This document shows positions 9,488-19,365 of a DNA stretch of 64,000 bases, piece after piece (the stretch's first letter is position 1; each line of letters begins with the position of its first letter). The notes below the pieces were generated by a model. It was not told the DNA's origin, searched no databases, and saw only the letters and a list, made by a program, of their open reading frames with translations. Source of the stretch: a virus (lineage: Duplodnaviria; Heunggongvirae; Uroviricota; Caudoviricetes; Demerecviridae); the IMG/VR virus record IMGVR_UViG_2974499940_000001, positions 35,092 through 99,091 of that record; one strand, written 5' to 3'. A program made the position numbers and the translations under genes.

Positions 9488-9730
9488 TTACGATTCCTTG
9501 AGCAAAGAAGCAAGTTCAGCATAGACTTTATCTAACTCAAAGCCGATGCGAAGAGACACGTTTGTTTTCCGTTGTTTAAGTAACCATTCGGATATGTTAG
9601 GGATGCCAGCTAATCTGTGTGGTACCACCCTACATAGCTTTTCCGAAGTATCATAAACAGGAACTTTACGTTCTTTTACTGGAAACTTCCTTGTTTCCCA
9701 TTTTTTATTCTTCACTGTCATTTCTAGCAC
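9488..9730 (-). CDS. hypothetical protein (80 aa)
   Basis: ORF between the helicase gene and the downstream promoter. Confidence 0.45.
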   Translation of the reverse strand: MLEMTVKNKKWETRKFPVKERKVPVYDTSEKLCRVVPHRLAGIPNISEWLLKQRKTNVSLRIGFELDKVYAELASLLKES

Positions 9731-12494
9731 CTAGCTCTGACATTGCTTCATCATGCATATGTTTTTCCTCGTCAGTCATGAACTTATAAGGAATTGGCAT
9801 ACACTCGATTTTACAATAGGTTCTGTACCAGTCTACAATATTTTCAGTGTTCATATCCTTACCAATACCCATCATACCAAGATACATTCTTGCATATTTT
9901 GGGTTAGCACTCTGACCTGTTTTAAGGAAGAAGTCTTTCTTCTTACCTTTCAGAGCCTCTATGAATGGTTTAATGGTCACATTTGAACACTTCTTAATAT
10001 CTTCCCAGAACATCTCGTGCATCTTATGGAAGAATGCAGCTCGATCATTCGGTTTATCTTTGATATATTGTTCAACATGCTCAACTGTTACATCTTTAAT
10101 AGACTCAAGATGGTAATAGCGAACAAGAAGTAGTTTAGCCTCATACGCATCCGCATGACGTGGGGCACAGTAATCCGGAGTTGAATGTAGGATAGCTTTG
10201 ATTCGCTCTTCTGTGTATTCTTTACCAGCACCTTCAATAGTTCCCCAGCTTTCGCTGAAAATATCAATAGTTGCACCCTGATCAAGCAAGTAATAACGTA
10301 AAGTACTAGTATAGTTTCTAGATTCCAGCTCTCTGCGACGTGCGTATAATTGCTGTGCTAACTCCAGCCAACCTTCATCAATATTATATTGTTCAGAACC
10401 CGCGGAGAATCCACTAGTGGATTTATCAATAAAATAATAGATATTCTGAGCACCACGGTCGCGCCTGATTGCTTGGAAACGCATGTTTGGCGCTTGATTA
10501 CTGGTTCTAGTAATAACGAATACGTTATCAAAATAGTTGAAGTCAACACCACTCGTTACGGATGGACTACATAATAAGCAATCAATTTGTTGGTCAATTA
10601 ACTCATTAGTTGTGTAATCCAGGATACGTCTAATATCCACATCAGACGTAGAATTTGAGTGGATTTCCTTAACTAACGCACCCGTATTACGACGCAACGC
10701 CATGCCCTTCTCATTCAGTTCATCTGGCCCACAGTCAGATACTAGGATAGATTTCTCACCCATCTCCAGGGAAGTCTGAAGTGCAACCCAAATACTGGAT
10801 TCATCAGGAAACTCATAAGCATGAGCTTTTGATAGCATTTTACGGTGATGATTATAAAATGCAACCGGTTTATCAAACTCAATCAAAGAACCATATGCTT
10901 CAATTGTTTCTGCACTAATATCCCCATCAGATAATATAATGATTTTTGCAGTTGCAAGAATATCCCGAAGAACCTGAATACACTCTCGACGTTGCTTAAC
11001 AACCGGGGCGAATAATAGGTCATTCATTACTGCATCACATTCATCGATAAAGATTGCGTCAATTTGACCAATAAAACTCTTGAATTTATGCAAAGAGTGA
11101 ATAGTTGTGGACATACGGTCAATAGCACCACGCTTAAAATTAAGCATATCTACAGACTTATCATACTGTCCTGCACTAAATTTCTTAGCATTTGAAGATA
11201 CCAGTGCTCTAGTATTGGTAATTGCTAAGAAATTACCTTTAATAACCCCTGAATCTAACCAACGCACAACTGCCGTGGTTTTACCTGTACCTAGACTTGC
11301 TTTTACAAAAGTCATATAACCTTCTGGTGGTACAGTATTTAATTTCAAGAAGTTATCAGTTTCTAGAGAATTAGTTTCTAGCTTTTTAAGTGGAATACCT
11401 TTTAAAACATCTGGTATATCACGTTTAGAATTATTAACAAACGCTTTCAGAGCCTGCTTACGACCGTTGTTAAAATAATCTTGAATATTACGACTATTAT
11501 CTTTAGTTGCAATATACTCAGATAAAGCTGGGCGGATCTCCTTCTCTAGCCAACCAAAATCTACACCATCCTCTAGTGCTCGGTGATAGAGTTTAGGAAT
11601 AATACGTAGATATACACCATCCTCAGCTTCTTCTAACTCGCTGATGGTTTCTTCTACTTTATCAGAGGCAGCCTTTTTACCTTTAATTTGATCGAGTAAG
11701 GAGTAGAACTCCTCTTTAAACTCTCCTCTAGTTGTTTCATAGTCAACTAGATTATTGGGTAAATTTACTTTTGAGCCTTTAACAAATACCAGACGTGAAG
11801 CACCCTCCGCTTTAAACGGATCTACTATACCATCAGTAAATAAAGGATCTGCAAAGTAATGGAGCTGTACGGAAGAGTAATAAGCTAAGTCGGCAATATC
11901 AAAGCCATACTTTTGTCTACTACTTTCGTTGATAGATGTAAATAAGAACTTGATTTGACCCTGAGTTACTTTAACATTAGATTCTAGTATTAAGTGCATT
12001 CGGATACCTGGTTTTAACCCAGCCGAAGACGATGCATGAGCAATAAACCCTGCATCAAGAGGAAACATATCCTCACTAATACTATTTAACATCCTAATAA
12101 TATGTCGAGCCATGCCAACAAGATCAAACTTGTTACAACCTCCTGTATCTACAATACCATCCACGTCCATTGCAATTATATGACTTGGATTAGATACATT
12201 AAAGTTGCCCTTCTTACGTCGCACATTATTTTTAGGTACAAGACATCGTCCTCGTACCGCAACTATATGAGGATCAGACGTTAAACGTCTCATAAGAGGA
12301 AGCATTTCTACTAGGGTTTGAGGATCAACTTCGTCAATTACATCAAACTTGAAGGGCATTGAAGCTGGTTTACCTTCAGGATGCTTTGAGGAAAATCTTT
12401 TAGCAAAAAGATAATCTTCTGCTTTAACTTCTCGCCAATTGCCTGTGGCTAAATCGCGATGAAATCCTGCATGACCTTGTAGGATTGAAAACAC
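9705..12494 (-). CDS. SF2 helicase with N-terminal primase-like (AEP-type DxD) domain; origin-binding-protein-like
   Basis: Walker A SLGTGKTT, Walker B FIDECDAV, N-terminal IAMDVDG motif. The likely start is GTG at 12494 with AGGAG 7 nt upstream; the track ORF extends to a TTG at 12572. Confidence 0.65.
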   Translation of the reverse strand: MFSILQGHAGFHRDLATGNWREVKAEDYLFAKRFSSKHPEGKPASMPFKFDVIDEVDPQTLVEMLPLMRRLTSDPHIVAVRGRCLVPKNNVRRKKGNFNVSNPSHIIAMDVDGIVDTGGCNKFDLVGMARHIIRMLNSISEDMFPLDAGFIAHASSSAGLKPGIRMHLILESNVKVTQGQIKFLFTSINESSRQKYGFDIADLAYYSSVQLHYFADPLFTDGIVDPFKAEGASRLVFVKGSKVNLPNNLVDYETTRGEFKEEFYSLLDQIKGKKAASDKVEETISELEEAEDGVYLRIIPKLYHRALEDGVDFGWLEKEIRPALSEYIATKDNSRNIQDYFNNGRKQALKAFVNNSKRDIPDVLKGIPLKKLETNSLETDNFLKLNTVPPEGYMTFVKASLGTGKTTAVVRWLDSGVIKGNFLAITNTRALVSSNAKKFSAGQYDKSVDMLNFKRGAIDRMSTTIHSLHKFKSFIGQIDAIFIDECDAVMNDLLFAPVVKQRRECIQVLRDILATAKIIILSDGDISAETIEAYGSLIEFDKPVAFYNHHRKMLSKAHAYEFPDESSIWVALQTSLEMGEKSILVSDCGPDELNEKGMALRRNTGALVKEIHSNSTSDVDIRRILDYTTNELIDQQIDCLLCSPSVTSGVDFNYFDNVFVITRTSNQAPNMRFQAIRRDRGAQNIYYFIDKSTSGFSAGSEQYNIDEGWLELAQQLYARRRELESRNYTSTLRYYLLDQGATIDIFSESWGTIEGAGKEYTEERIKAILHSTPDYCAPRHADAYEAKLLLVRYYHLESIKDVTVEHVEQYIKDKPNDRAAFFHKMHEMFWEDIKKCSNVTIKPFIEALKGKKKDFFLKTGQSANPKYARMYLGMMGIGKDMNTENIVDWYRTYCKIECMPIPYKFMTDEEKHMHDEAMSELGARNDSEE

Positions 12495-12994
12495 AACAAT
12501 ACTCCTGTATTGGAAATGAAATAAGTTTTCTTTAGGACTATTCAGAAAGAATAGAACAACTGTTACTGTCAATTTCTCAACAAATTAATCGCAAATACTG
12601 AAGTGGGGTGGCAACTTCCACTTTCACGCTGCGCTGCTGCCTCATTATACCGCACAAATCCTTGAGGATGGCCGCTAAGCCAGATTTGCTCACCTAATGC
12701 TTCATATACTAGCTCATACTAGATGCAATATAACTTACAGAATCACGTCTCGGTAGTTTTTCACTCCTCCCATCTCACTTCACAACCACCTCATACTAGG
12801 TTGCTTCGAGGCCTTACCAGGGTTCCTATGGGACGCAGATCGCTAAGTATTCTATTAACTATTTGTTTAAAAACTAACACGTAACAGTTAAAACAACCCT
12901 TAATGGGGCAGCCTAACTGTTCCGTATCGCGGATTGTAAACAAGAAAAATTAGTAAAACCAATTTTTACTAATGTCTCTCAATTCAATATAAAT

Positions 12995-13023
12995 ATTATA
13001 TCAAGATTTTGAGTATCGTGCAA
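12995..13023 (-). promoter_or_regulatory. minus-strand promoter TTGCAC-17-TATAAT, about 490 nt upstream of the helicase start
   Basis: rc consensus; the downstream leader has no ORF. Confidence 0.55.
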
Positions 13024-13099
13024 GTAAAATTTTCCGGATGGTGCTATCAGTGTCTTTGAGTACAGAGAAAACCGAGCCAAAATGACTCGGTTATACGGA

Positions 13100-13294
13100 T
13101 TAATCATAAAAAAGACCACGAATAGTATTAGCAAATTTAAGTATAATAGCGCGGTTTGAGCTACTTAACTTTTTAATATCGAAAGTGGGATCAGTCAAAT
13201 ATCTCGCCATAAATTTTACTTGTTTAGCTGAAAGTTGACCCTTATTCCACTTTTTAATTTTACCATAACATACCCAATATTCTTTATTCATCAT
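13100..13294 (-). CDS. hypothetical protein (64 aa)
   Basis: ORF at the start of the accessory minus-strand cluster. Confidence 0.4.
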   Translation of the reverse strand: MMNKEYWVCYGKIKKWNKGQLSAKQVKFMARYLTDPTFDIKKLSSSNRAIILKFANTIRGLFYD

Positions 13295-13676
13295 TTAGTC
13301 CCGGAACATAGATTCCAACACGATTTAATTGTTCTTTAGCTTCTTTGAGAATATCTGGAGTGTACTCCCAAATATCATCTTCCACCTGTAAAAGATGAGG
13401 CGAACAACCATCATCAGGCACACGACATATGGCCAAACCACGTGGATGGAACAAAGAGAAATTTAGTGCAACAATTAAACCCATAGCAGACAACTCATCC
13501 CAATCCAATTCCCATTCCCTAGCGTAGCCTGATAGGAAAACACCAATACAGGGATCGTCTATTTGCTGCTCCGGAAAAGTGAAGGAGGCTTGTCTTACCC
13601 CCAACCAACGTTGTAGCAGCTTCTCCGCACGCTTCACCAAACTAGGATCAATCTGACGCCAATATACTTGTTCCAT
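13284..13676 (-). CDS. hypothetical protein, paralog 1 of tandem pair (130 aa)
   Basis: Clear similarity to the adjacent 142-aa ORF (IG..L.....E..W.EL..MGL..ALN..LF.P......V.....SP..QVE...W.Y.P......QL.R.G...PGL). Confidence 0.55.
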   Translation of the reverse strand: MEQVYWRQIDPSLVKRAEKLLQRWLGVRQASFTFPEQQIDDPCIGVFLSGYAREWELDWDELSAMGLIVALNFSLFHPRGLAICRVPDDGCSPHLLQVEDDIWEYTPDILKEAKEQLNRVGIYVPGLNDE

Positions 13677-13686
13677 TGTGCCCCCT

Positions 13687-14115
13687 TTAGGTGGTTAAAC
13701 CCGGAATTTGATAACCAAAACGACGAAGTTTTTGGATACCATCATTTACTTCTTCCGGTGAGTAAGACCAACCGTAATGTTCATTAACTTGAAAACCAGG
13801 AGATTCACTGGTTTTATAATTAACAACAATACGGTGTTTATTGGGCATAAATAGCTTATAGTTTAATGCAAAAACCAAGCCCATTTCATCTAACTCTTTC
13901 CAGCCGACAATCTCTTCAAAACCATCTTCTACCTGCACAATTAAACCAATACAGGGAGCTTCTTCAATCTCACCTTTAAAAGCAAAGGAGATTTCATTAT
14001 TCTCACACCATATTTTCAGAGCATTAATAGCCTCATTGTACAGGTTGTCTGGAAGAGTACGCCAAAAATTAACCAATATTGGGTTAGCTTCTTTAGAGAA
14101 TACATTATTGAACAT
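13687..14115 (-). CDS. hypothetical protein, paralog 2 of tandem pair (142 aa)
   Basis: Paralog of 13284-13676. Confidence 0.55.
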   Translation of the reverse strand: MFNNVFSKEANPILVNFWRTLPDNLYNEAINALKIWCENNEISFAFKGEIEEAPCIGLIVQVEDGFEEIVGWKELDEMGLVFALNYKLFMPNKHRIVVNYKTSESPGFQVNEHYGWSYSPEEVNDGIQKLRRFGYQIPGLTT

Positions 14116-14117
14116 AT

Positions 14118-14624
14118 TTACACCTTAAATTGTTGTAGGGCTTTACACATTTCAAGATCTGGACTAAATTCTAACATATAGCTAACAGCTCTTAAATCTT
14201 GAAGATTTATTCCAGTTCTACCATTGACTATAACTGTTGGATACTGATACATCATAGCACCAGCATCATCTAGCACACACCAATGTTTGAGCTTATGCTT
14301 TTCAACGAAGCGAAGAACAGAATTACCCCTAGATAATCCACCACCAGTAAAATCCGTTGTACCAAGAAAACGATCGATAAGATCTAATCCGGTCATAATC
14401 TGAACGTTCTCCATCTCATTCCTGACAGAGAACCATGAAGATACCCCAACAATCATTATTGGAGAGGGACGAATAAAGTCCTGAAAAGCCTTGAGAAGCG
14501 GTTTAAAAACCCAGTCACTTCCAAAGAAAATCTTTTCATCATCAGGTGCATGGTGATGGGAGATGCTCGAATTAAGCACCCCATCAATGTCTAGAAAAAT
14601 AATTGGAGTATTACTTATTTCCAT
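14118..14624 (-). CDS. HAD-superfamily hydrolase-like protein (168 aa)
   Basis: N-terminal IIFLDIDGVLNS (DxDG motif I of HAD phosphatases) and a later VLDDAG motif. Confidence 0.5.
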   Translation of the reverse strand: MEISNTPIIFLDIDGVLNSSISHHHAPDDEKIFFGSDWVFKPLLKAFQDFIRPSPIMIVGVSSWFSVRNEMENVQIMTGLDLIDRFLGTTDFTGGGLSRGNSVLRFVEKHKLKHWCVLDDAGAMMYQYPTVIVNGRTGINLQDLRAVSYMLEFSPDLEMCKALQQFKV

Positions 14625-14793
14625 TTTTGTCCCTTTCTAAGAACGTATCATACTCAACCGTATCAACATATATGACACCATAATCATCGGATTTATAGTC
14701 CATTTCCCATAGCTCACATCGATAACACCAACTACCATCCGCCCATACAAATATATCATCGGGATGTGTATACACAGATTTAACTATGGACAT
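14611..14793 (-). CDS. hypothetical small protein (60 aa)
   Basis: ORF overlapping its neighbours by a few codons, operon-style. Confidence 0.4.
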   Translation of the reverse strand: MSIVKSVYTHPDDIFVWADGSWCYRCELWEMDYKSDDYGVIYVDTVEYDTFLERDKNGNK

Positions 14794-15608
14794 ATCTGTT
14801 TTCCCGGCATATAAGGTCTACCCTCTAGATGAGCTTCTACACGAGCAATAAAATCAGGATCACTGAAAGCATCTACCGCACCTTTACTCCAGTAAGGAAT
14901 ACCCCGTTCTTCCAGTTGGTACATCTCACTACGAGTCATACCTTGATAGCCTGGTTCTGCCGCTAGAGCACTATCATAGTAGTTAACCACCATAAGTTTC
15001 GCAGCAGTCAGATTAAGAACAGGAAATAATTCCCAGTAGAAGTTAATTACTTGGTTAGAGCAACCAACCACAATGATCATATCTTGACTGGTAATACCAT
15101 CAAAAACATTGTACATTTCTGCATATGCTGGAGCATGCTCACCAAAGAAGATTACATTAGGCTTAACCCATTTATAATCATCTGGGTCAATATAGTTATA
15201 CCCAACATCAATAATTCGTTTATTACTACTATTGTAGCTGTCAGCTACAACAACCTCTTTTAAATATCCGTGAATGTGCAGAATGTCAGTATGTGGAACG
15301 CCAGCACGTTCAATAAGGTCATCAACATTGGTAGTCAAGTTTACTACTTGACCTGGATATTGTTTATACCATTCACCAATACGCAAATGTGCAAGATTGG
15401 GTTCAACAGTTTTTAGCTCTTCACGACGCTTGTTGTAAAACATATGGGTTTTATGATAAAAATTACCACGAAAGGCATGAATATTACATACTTCTTCTAG
15501 ATCATAATCATCCCACAGTGCTTTACCACTAGTAGTATCAGTACGAAAAGCTCGTACACCACTTTCAACACTCAAACCTGCACCGCTAATAATAATTAAT
15601 CTACGCAT
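14784..15608 (-). CDS. Sir2-family (sirtuin-like) NAD-binding protein lacking the zinc ribbon
   Basis: GAGLSVESGVRAFR (GAGIS..SGIP.FR motif), NVDDLIERAG, HIHGYL. No CxxC...CxxC zinc module. Confidence 0.6.
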   Translation of the reverse strand: MRRLIIISGAGLSVESGVRAFRTDTTSGKALWDDYDLEEVCNIHAFRGNFYHKTHMFYNKRREELKTVEPNLAHLRIGEWYKQYPGQVVNLTTNVDDLIERAGVPHTDILHIHGYLKEVVVADSYNSSNKRIIDVGYNYIDPDDYKWVKPNVIFFGEHAPAYAEMYNVFDGITSQDMIIVVGCSNQVINFYWELFPVLNLTAAKLMVVNYYDSALAAEPGYQGMTRSEMYQLEERGIPYWSKGAVDAFSDPDFIARVEAHLEGRPYMPGKQICP

Positions 15609-15822
15609 TTTTCACCTGTTCTCTGAAGTTTTGCCCAATACTGTCTAATAGCTCAGCTAATTCTTTATTGCCTTTCTCCATTAAGGTATTAGCAATAACT
15701 TCTAGCATAGTAGCGCAGGATTCAACACCATCCTTATAGCCAGTTTCCCAGTGCTGCATTAATGCGTTTTCCAAAGCGGAGTTTAAACCCTTATCTGGTA
15801 GCATCGGCTTCGAGAATGCCAT
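15601..15822 (-). CDS. hypothetical protein (73 aa)
   Basis: ORF in the cluster. Confidence 0.4.
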   Translation of the reverse strand: MAFSKPMLPDKGLNSALENALMQHWETGYKDGVESCATMLEVIANTLMEKGNKELAELLDSIGQNFREQVKNA

Positions 15823-15994
15823 AAAGTTTCTCCTCTAGTTCCATAACACGATTTTCATAAGAAGCACGCAACTTTTCAATTGCCAGCGCACGCACCGTAA
15901 CCTCATTAGAATTAATAGCTAACTGGGCCAGATCTTCTGTTTCCATACGTCCGTTGTAAATTAAGCGATATTTAAGATGTTTTACGTTTTTCAT
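15791..15994 (-). CDS. hypothetical protein (67 aa)
   Basis: ORF in the cluster. Confidence 0.4.
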   Translation of the reverse strand: MKNVKHLKYRLIYNGRMETEDLAQLAINSNEVTVRALAIEKLRASYENRVMELEEKLYGILEADATR

Positions 15995-16003
15995 TCTTGT
16001 TCC

Positions 16004-16285
16004 TTAGTTCTGTACTGTAAATTCATTCTTATCACAGTGAGCATAATAATACCCATACATACGATAAATTTTCACAGCCTTAGTAGACCCCTTCGATTCT
16101 TCATAATCAATCCAGAGCCACTTGTCTTTACCTACATAATGTACCCGAAACTTCTTAACTTTCTTATCATTCCATGTTGCAACAACACAACGATAATCAA
16201 ATCCACCCAACCAATCTAGAGCCTTACGTTCTTCACTAGGCTCTCCAAGATGGGAGACATCTACTTTAGGAAGCAACTCGCTCAT
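16004..16285 (-). CDS. hypothetical protein (93 aa)
   Basis: ORF directly downstream of the minus-strand promoter at 16314-16342. Confidence 0.5.
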   Translation of the reverse strand: MSELLPKVDVSHLGEPSEERKALDWLGGFDYRCVVATWNDKKVKKFRVHYVGKDKWLWIDYEESKGSTKAVKIYRMYGYYYAHCDKNEFTVQN

Positions 16286-16313
16286 AGCTTTCTCCTCTCA
16301 AATTTATAAATCT

Positions 16314-16342
16314 ATTATATATAAATTTTTGGCTGAAAGCAA
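16314..16342 (-). promoter_or_regulatory. minus-strand promoter TTGCTT-17-TATAAT plus downstream ATAAATTTGAGAGGAG
   Basis: rc consensus. Confidence 0.6.
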
Positions 16343-16384
16343 ATAAAATAAAAGCCAGGTCGACTAGCAACCCGGCTGATTAGC

Positions 16385-18259
16385 TTATTTAGCTCGAATA
16401 TCCTGATGTTTCACCCTGCCCATAACCTCGTGCTGTTTGCCGGGGTTAAATGGACGAGCACCTGGATTTCCAAGATACCCACAAACTCGACGAGTTACTT
16501 CAAGAGTTTCGGGGTCATGATTACCACAGATAGGGCACTTAAATCCATCTTCGGATGCTATTGTTTCACCTAAGAATCCACATTTACCACAAGAATCCAC
16601 TGGAGTATTAATACCGAAGTAGTGAACTTTACTAGCAGCATAATTAATAACCCATTCCAGTGCATCTGGGAATCGTTTCATATCCGGTAGTTCTACATAG
16701 GAAATACACCCACCAGAAGCAATAGGAGTAAAGTTAGATTCATAATCAATTTTCACGTTAGGAGCAACTTTACGTTCCACATCAAGGTGGTGAGAGTTAG
16801 TGTAGTATCCTTTGGACAGAATATCTTCATGCTCCGGGAAATATTCACGGTCTAGGCGACAAAAGCGATCACATAGGGACTCTGATGGTGTAGCGTACAG
16901 GCTATAACCTAACTTAGTCTCTTCCTTCTTCTGATCGACCCTATCCCGCATGTACTGCAATACACGCTGAACAAACTTGATGCAGGTCTCAGACATTGTA
17001 TCTACATCTTTGCCAAACATGAACTGTAGCATTTCATGGCAACCAATATACCCCAGAGATACAGAAGCACGGTTATAAAAATGATCGAATACATATTCAT
17101 CAGGCCCTAAGCGTAATCCAAAGGCTCCTGACATATAGAGGATGGGTGCGGCTTTAGCTTGAATGTATTTTAAGCGATCAACTCTCCACTCCAACGCTTT
17201 TAATGCTGTATCTACACGTAGCTCAAGCAAATCAAAGAATAGGTCAATATTTCCTTCAGCTTCGATAGCAATTCTAGGCAAGTTTACAGAAACAACACCT
17301 AAGTTATTACGACCGGCAGTTTCACCATCTTCTGCAGCAGCTAGGAATGAACGGCAGCCCATAGAAACTTTATAGTCACCAGTAACTTCCACAACCTTAT
17401 CATAGCTGATATAATCTGGATACATACGTTCAGCAGTACATTTCATAGCTAACTTCTTGACGTCATAATTAACATCTCCTGGCTTCATATTTACGCCATC
17501 ACGCAGAACAAACACCAGTTTCGGAAAGATAGCTGTACGTTTATTGATGCCTAAGCCATCCATACGTACTTTCAGTATTGCTTTCTGTACTAGACGTGCT
17601 TCCCAAGAAGTTCCTAGACCAAAACCAAAGGTAATAAATGGACTCTGACCATTAGAGTTGAACATCGTATTGATTTCATACTCTAGACCCTGACAAGCAT
17701 CATAGACTTCTTTTTCAGTCATCTCCGTAGCCATTACTGATGCTTTGGCTTCATCCTTAGTCCAACGTTTTGCAAACGCATGATTCTTATCATAAGACTT
17801 ACGAACATAAGGAGCCAATACTTCATCTAATCGGTCTACAGAAGTACCACCATACTGATGGGAGCTAACTTGAGTGATAATCTGAGCAGTGATAGCCGCC
17901 GCAGTAGTGATAGAGTTTGGAGTGCTAATTTCAGCATTACCAACCTTCATACCATTCTTCAACATATCTTCCAGAGCTACCAGGCAACAGTTAGTCATGC
18001 CTAATGCAGCATAATCAGCATCATGGAAATGAATATCCCCAATCATATGAGCATTTCGAATCTGAATTGGCATTTCCTCTAGAATCAGATACTTACTCAA
18101 TTCACCTGCAAGCATATCCCTTTGTGTAGGGAAACGTTCTGAGGGTTTATTGGCATTATTAAACAGCAGCTCTTCATCTGCTGACCCTTCGATAATCTCT
18201 TTGCAGTTTCTAATTAACGCCTGCATTTCTTTATACTTTAGTTCTTCATTACGATTCAT
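16385..18259 (-). CDS. nrdD: anaerobic ribonucleoside-triphosphate reductase (class III)
   Basis: 624-aa ORF with C-terminal glycyl-radical motif RVCGYLGNPG and a preceding CxxC...C zinc site. Confidence 0.85.
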   Translation of the reverse strand: MNRNEELKYKEMQALIRNCKEIIEGSADEELLFNNANKPSERFPTQRDMLAGELSKYLILEEMPIQIRNAHMIGDIHFHDADYAALGMTNCCLVALEDMLKNGMKVGNAEISTPNSITTAAAITAQIITQVSSHQYGGTSVDRLDEVLAPYVRKSYDKNHAFAKRWTKDEAKASVMATEMTEKEVYDACQGLEYEINTMFNSNGQSPFITFGFGLGTSWEARLVQKAILKVRMDGLGINKRTAIFPKLVFVLRDGVNMKPGDVNYDVKKLAMKCTAERMYPDYISYDKVVEVTGDYKVSMGCRSFLAAAEDGETAGRNNLGVVSVNLPRIAIEAEGNIDLFFDLLELRVDTALKALEWRVDRLKYIQAKAAPILYMSGAFGLRLGPDEYVFDHFYNRASVSLGYIGCHEMLQFMFGKDVDTMSETCIKFVQRVLQYMRDRVDQKKEETKLGYSLYATPSESLCDRFCRLDREYFPEHEDILSKGYYTNSHHLDVERKVAPNVKIDYESNFTPIASGGCISYVELPDMKRFPDALEWVINYAASKVHYFGINTPVDSCGKCGFLGETIASEDGFKCPICGNHDPETLEVTRRVCGYLGNPGARPFNPGKQHEVMGRVKHQDIRAK

Positions 18260-18290
18260 TATACTCTCCTTCTCTAACTAAGACTACTAT

Positions 18291-18319
18291 TATAACTCAT
18301 TCGAGGGCGGATGTCAACA
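18291..18319 (-). promoter_or_regulatory. sigma70-type promoter (TTGACA-17-TATAAT) for nrdD
   Basis: rc of AGTTATAATAGT...TTGACATCCGCC; about 25 nt upstream of the nrdD start. Confidence 0.55.
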
Positions 18320-18368
18320 ATATTTTACTATAAAGTTCTGTAACATGATCTGAGTCAAAAAATTTTAT

Positions 18369-18397
18369 TTGCCAATCTCTATTAAAAACTGTATAAT
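18369..18397 (+). promoter_or_regulatory. sigma70-type promoter (TTGCCA-17-TATAAT)
   Basis: In the nrdD/phoH divergent intergenic region. Confidence 0.45.
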
Positions 18398-18509
18398 CAC
18401 GCACTCGTGCACGCGATATAAAATGATTATCTAGTATCACACATCTCACGTTAAAAGCAAGCAAATTTTTTATTTAAATGCAATATCATAGGCTTATTTA
18501 AAATTGTAG

Positions 18510-18538
18510 TTGCTTTTTACTGTATATATTGGTATAAT
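18510..18538 (+). promoter_or_regulatory. sigma70-type promoter (TTGCTT-17-TATAAT) for phoH
   Basis: -35 at 18510-18515, -10 at 18533-18538. Confidence 0.6.
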
Positions 18539-18611
18539 ATATTTGTAAGTTGATAAACAAGATCTTTTTGTTGATCCTCTGTTAGCGAAGTACACTATAG
18601 GAGTGTTATTT

Positions 18612-19364
18612 ATGGGAAAAGCACGTCAAAAAAGAGAGAACCGCAATGGTTCAAGAAAGCGTGGCAACAAGTATGAGAATAACGTAATTCAGGCTGATTT
18701 TTCTAATGATTACGCTAACCCAGTTGCTAAATCCCTAGTAGGTAAAAACCGCGAGCAAAAATCATATATCAATATGATCAAGAACAACACAGTGACTGTG
18801 GGTATTGGTGAGCCAGGTACAGGTAAAACCTTTATTCCGTCTGTTCTTGCAGCTCAGGAACTCGTAGACATTCACTCAGATATTGAGCAAGTGATCCTCG
18901 TACGTCCTAATGAACCTCTAGGTAAGTCTCTTGGTATGCTTCCTGGTGATCTAGCGGAAAAGCTAGAGCCTTGGTTAGAGCCAATAGCTGATGGTATGAA
19001 ATGGGCCATCGGTGATCATGCCTATAAGGGATATGTCGAACGTCAGAAAATTAAATTTTTGGCTGTAGAACATGCTCGTGGCAGAACTTTCAACAACTCC
19101 TATGTAATTGTCGATGAAGCTCAGAATATTTCCGTTGAGGCAATGATTTGTCTCCTAACTCGTGTAGGACAAGACTGCCGTTTAATTATCTGCGGAGATA
19201 TAGCTCAGAAAGACATTAAAGGTGACTCAGGTCTAGCACTCCTTATGGAAGTCTATGAGAAATACGAAAATGCTCCATTCTCAATGATCGAATTGATTGA
19301 TAACGTTCGTTCTGTTGAGTCTAAAGCATTCTATGATATTTTTAAAGACATGGGGAAGGTGTAA
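18612..19364 (+). CDS. phoH: PhoH-like ATPase
   Basis: Walker A GEPGTGKTF and PhoH-like body. ATG at 18612 with AGGAG 9 nt upstream; the track ORF starts at GTG 18603. Confidence 0.75.
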   Translation: MGKARQKRENRNGSRKRGNKYENNVIQADFSNDYANPVAKSLVGKNREQKSYINMIKNNTVTVGIGEPGTGKTFIPSVLAAQELVDIHSDIEQVILVRPNEPLGKSLGMLPGDLAEKLEPWLEPIADGMKWAIGDHAYKGYVERQKIKFLAVEHARGRTFNNSYVIVDEAQNISVEAMICLLTRVGQDCRLIICGDIAQKDIKGDSGLALLMEVYEKYENAPFSMIELIDNVRSVESKAFYDIFKDMGKV

Positions 19365-19365
19365 T

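Noticed and set aside
12495-12572. TTG start at 12572 for the large helicase ORF
   Set aside because: No convincing RBS there. A GTG 26 codons downstream has AGGAG at the ideal spacing.
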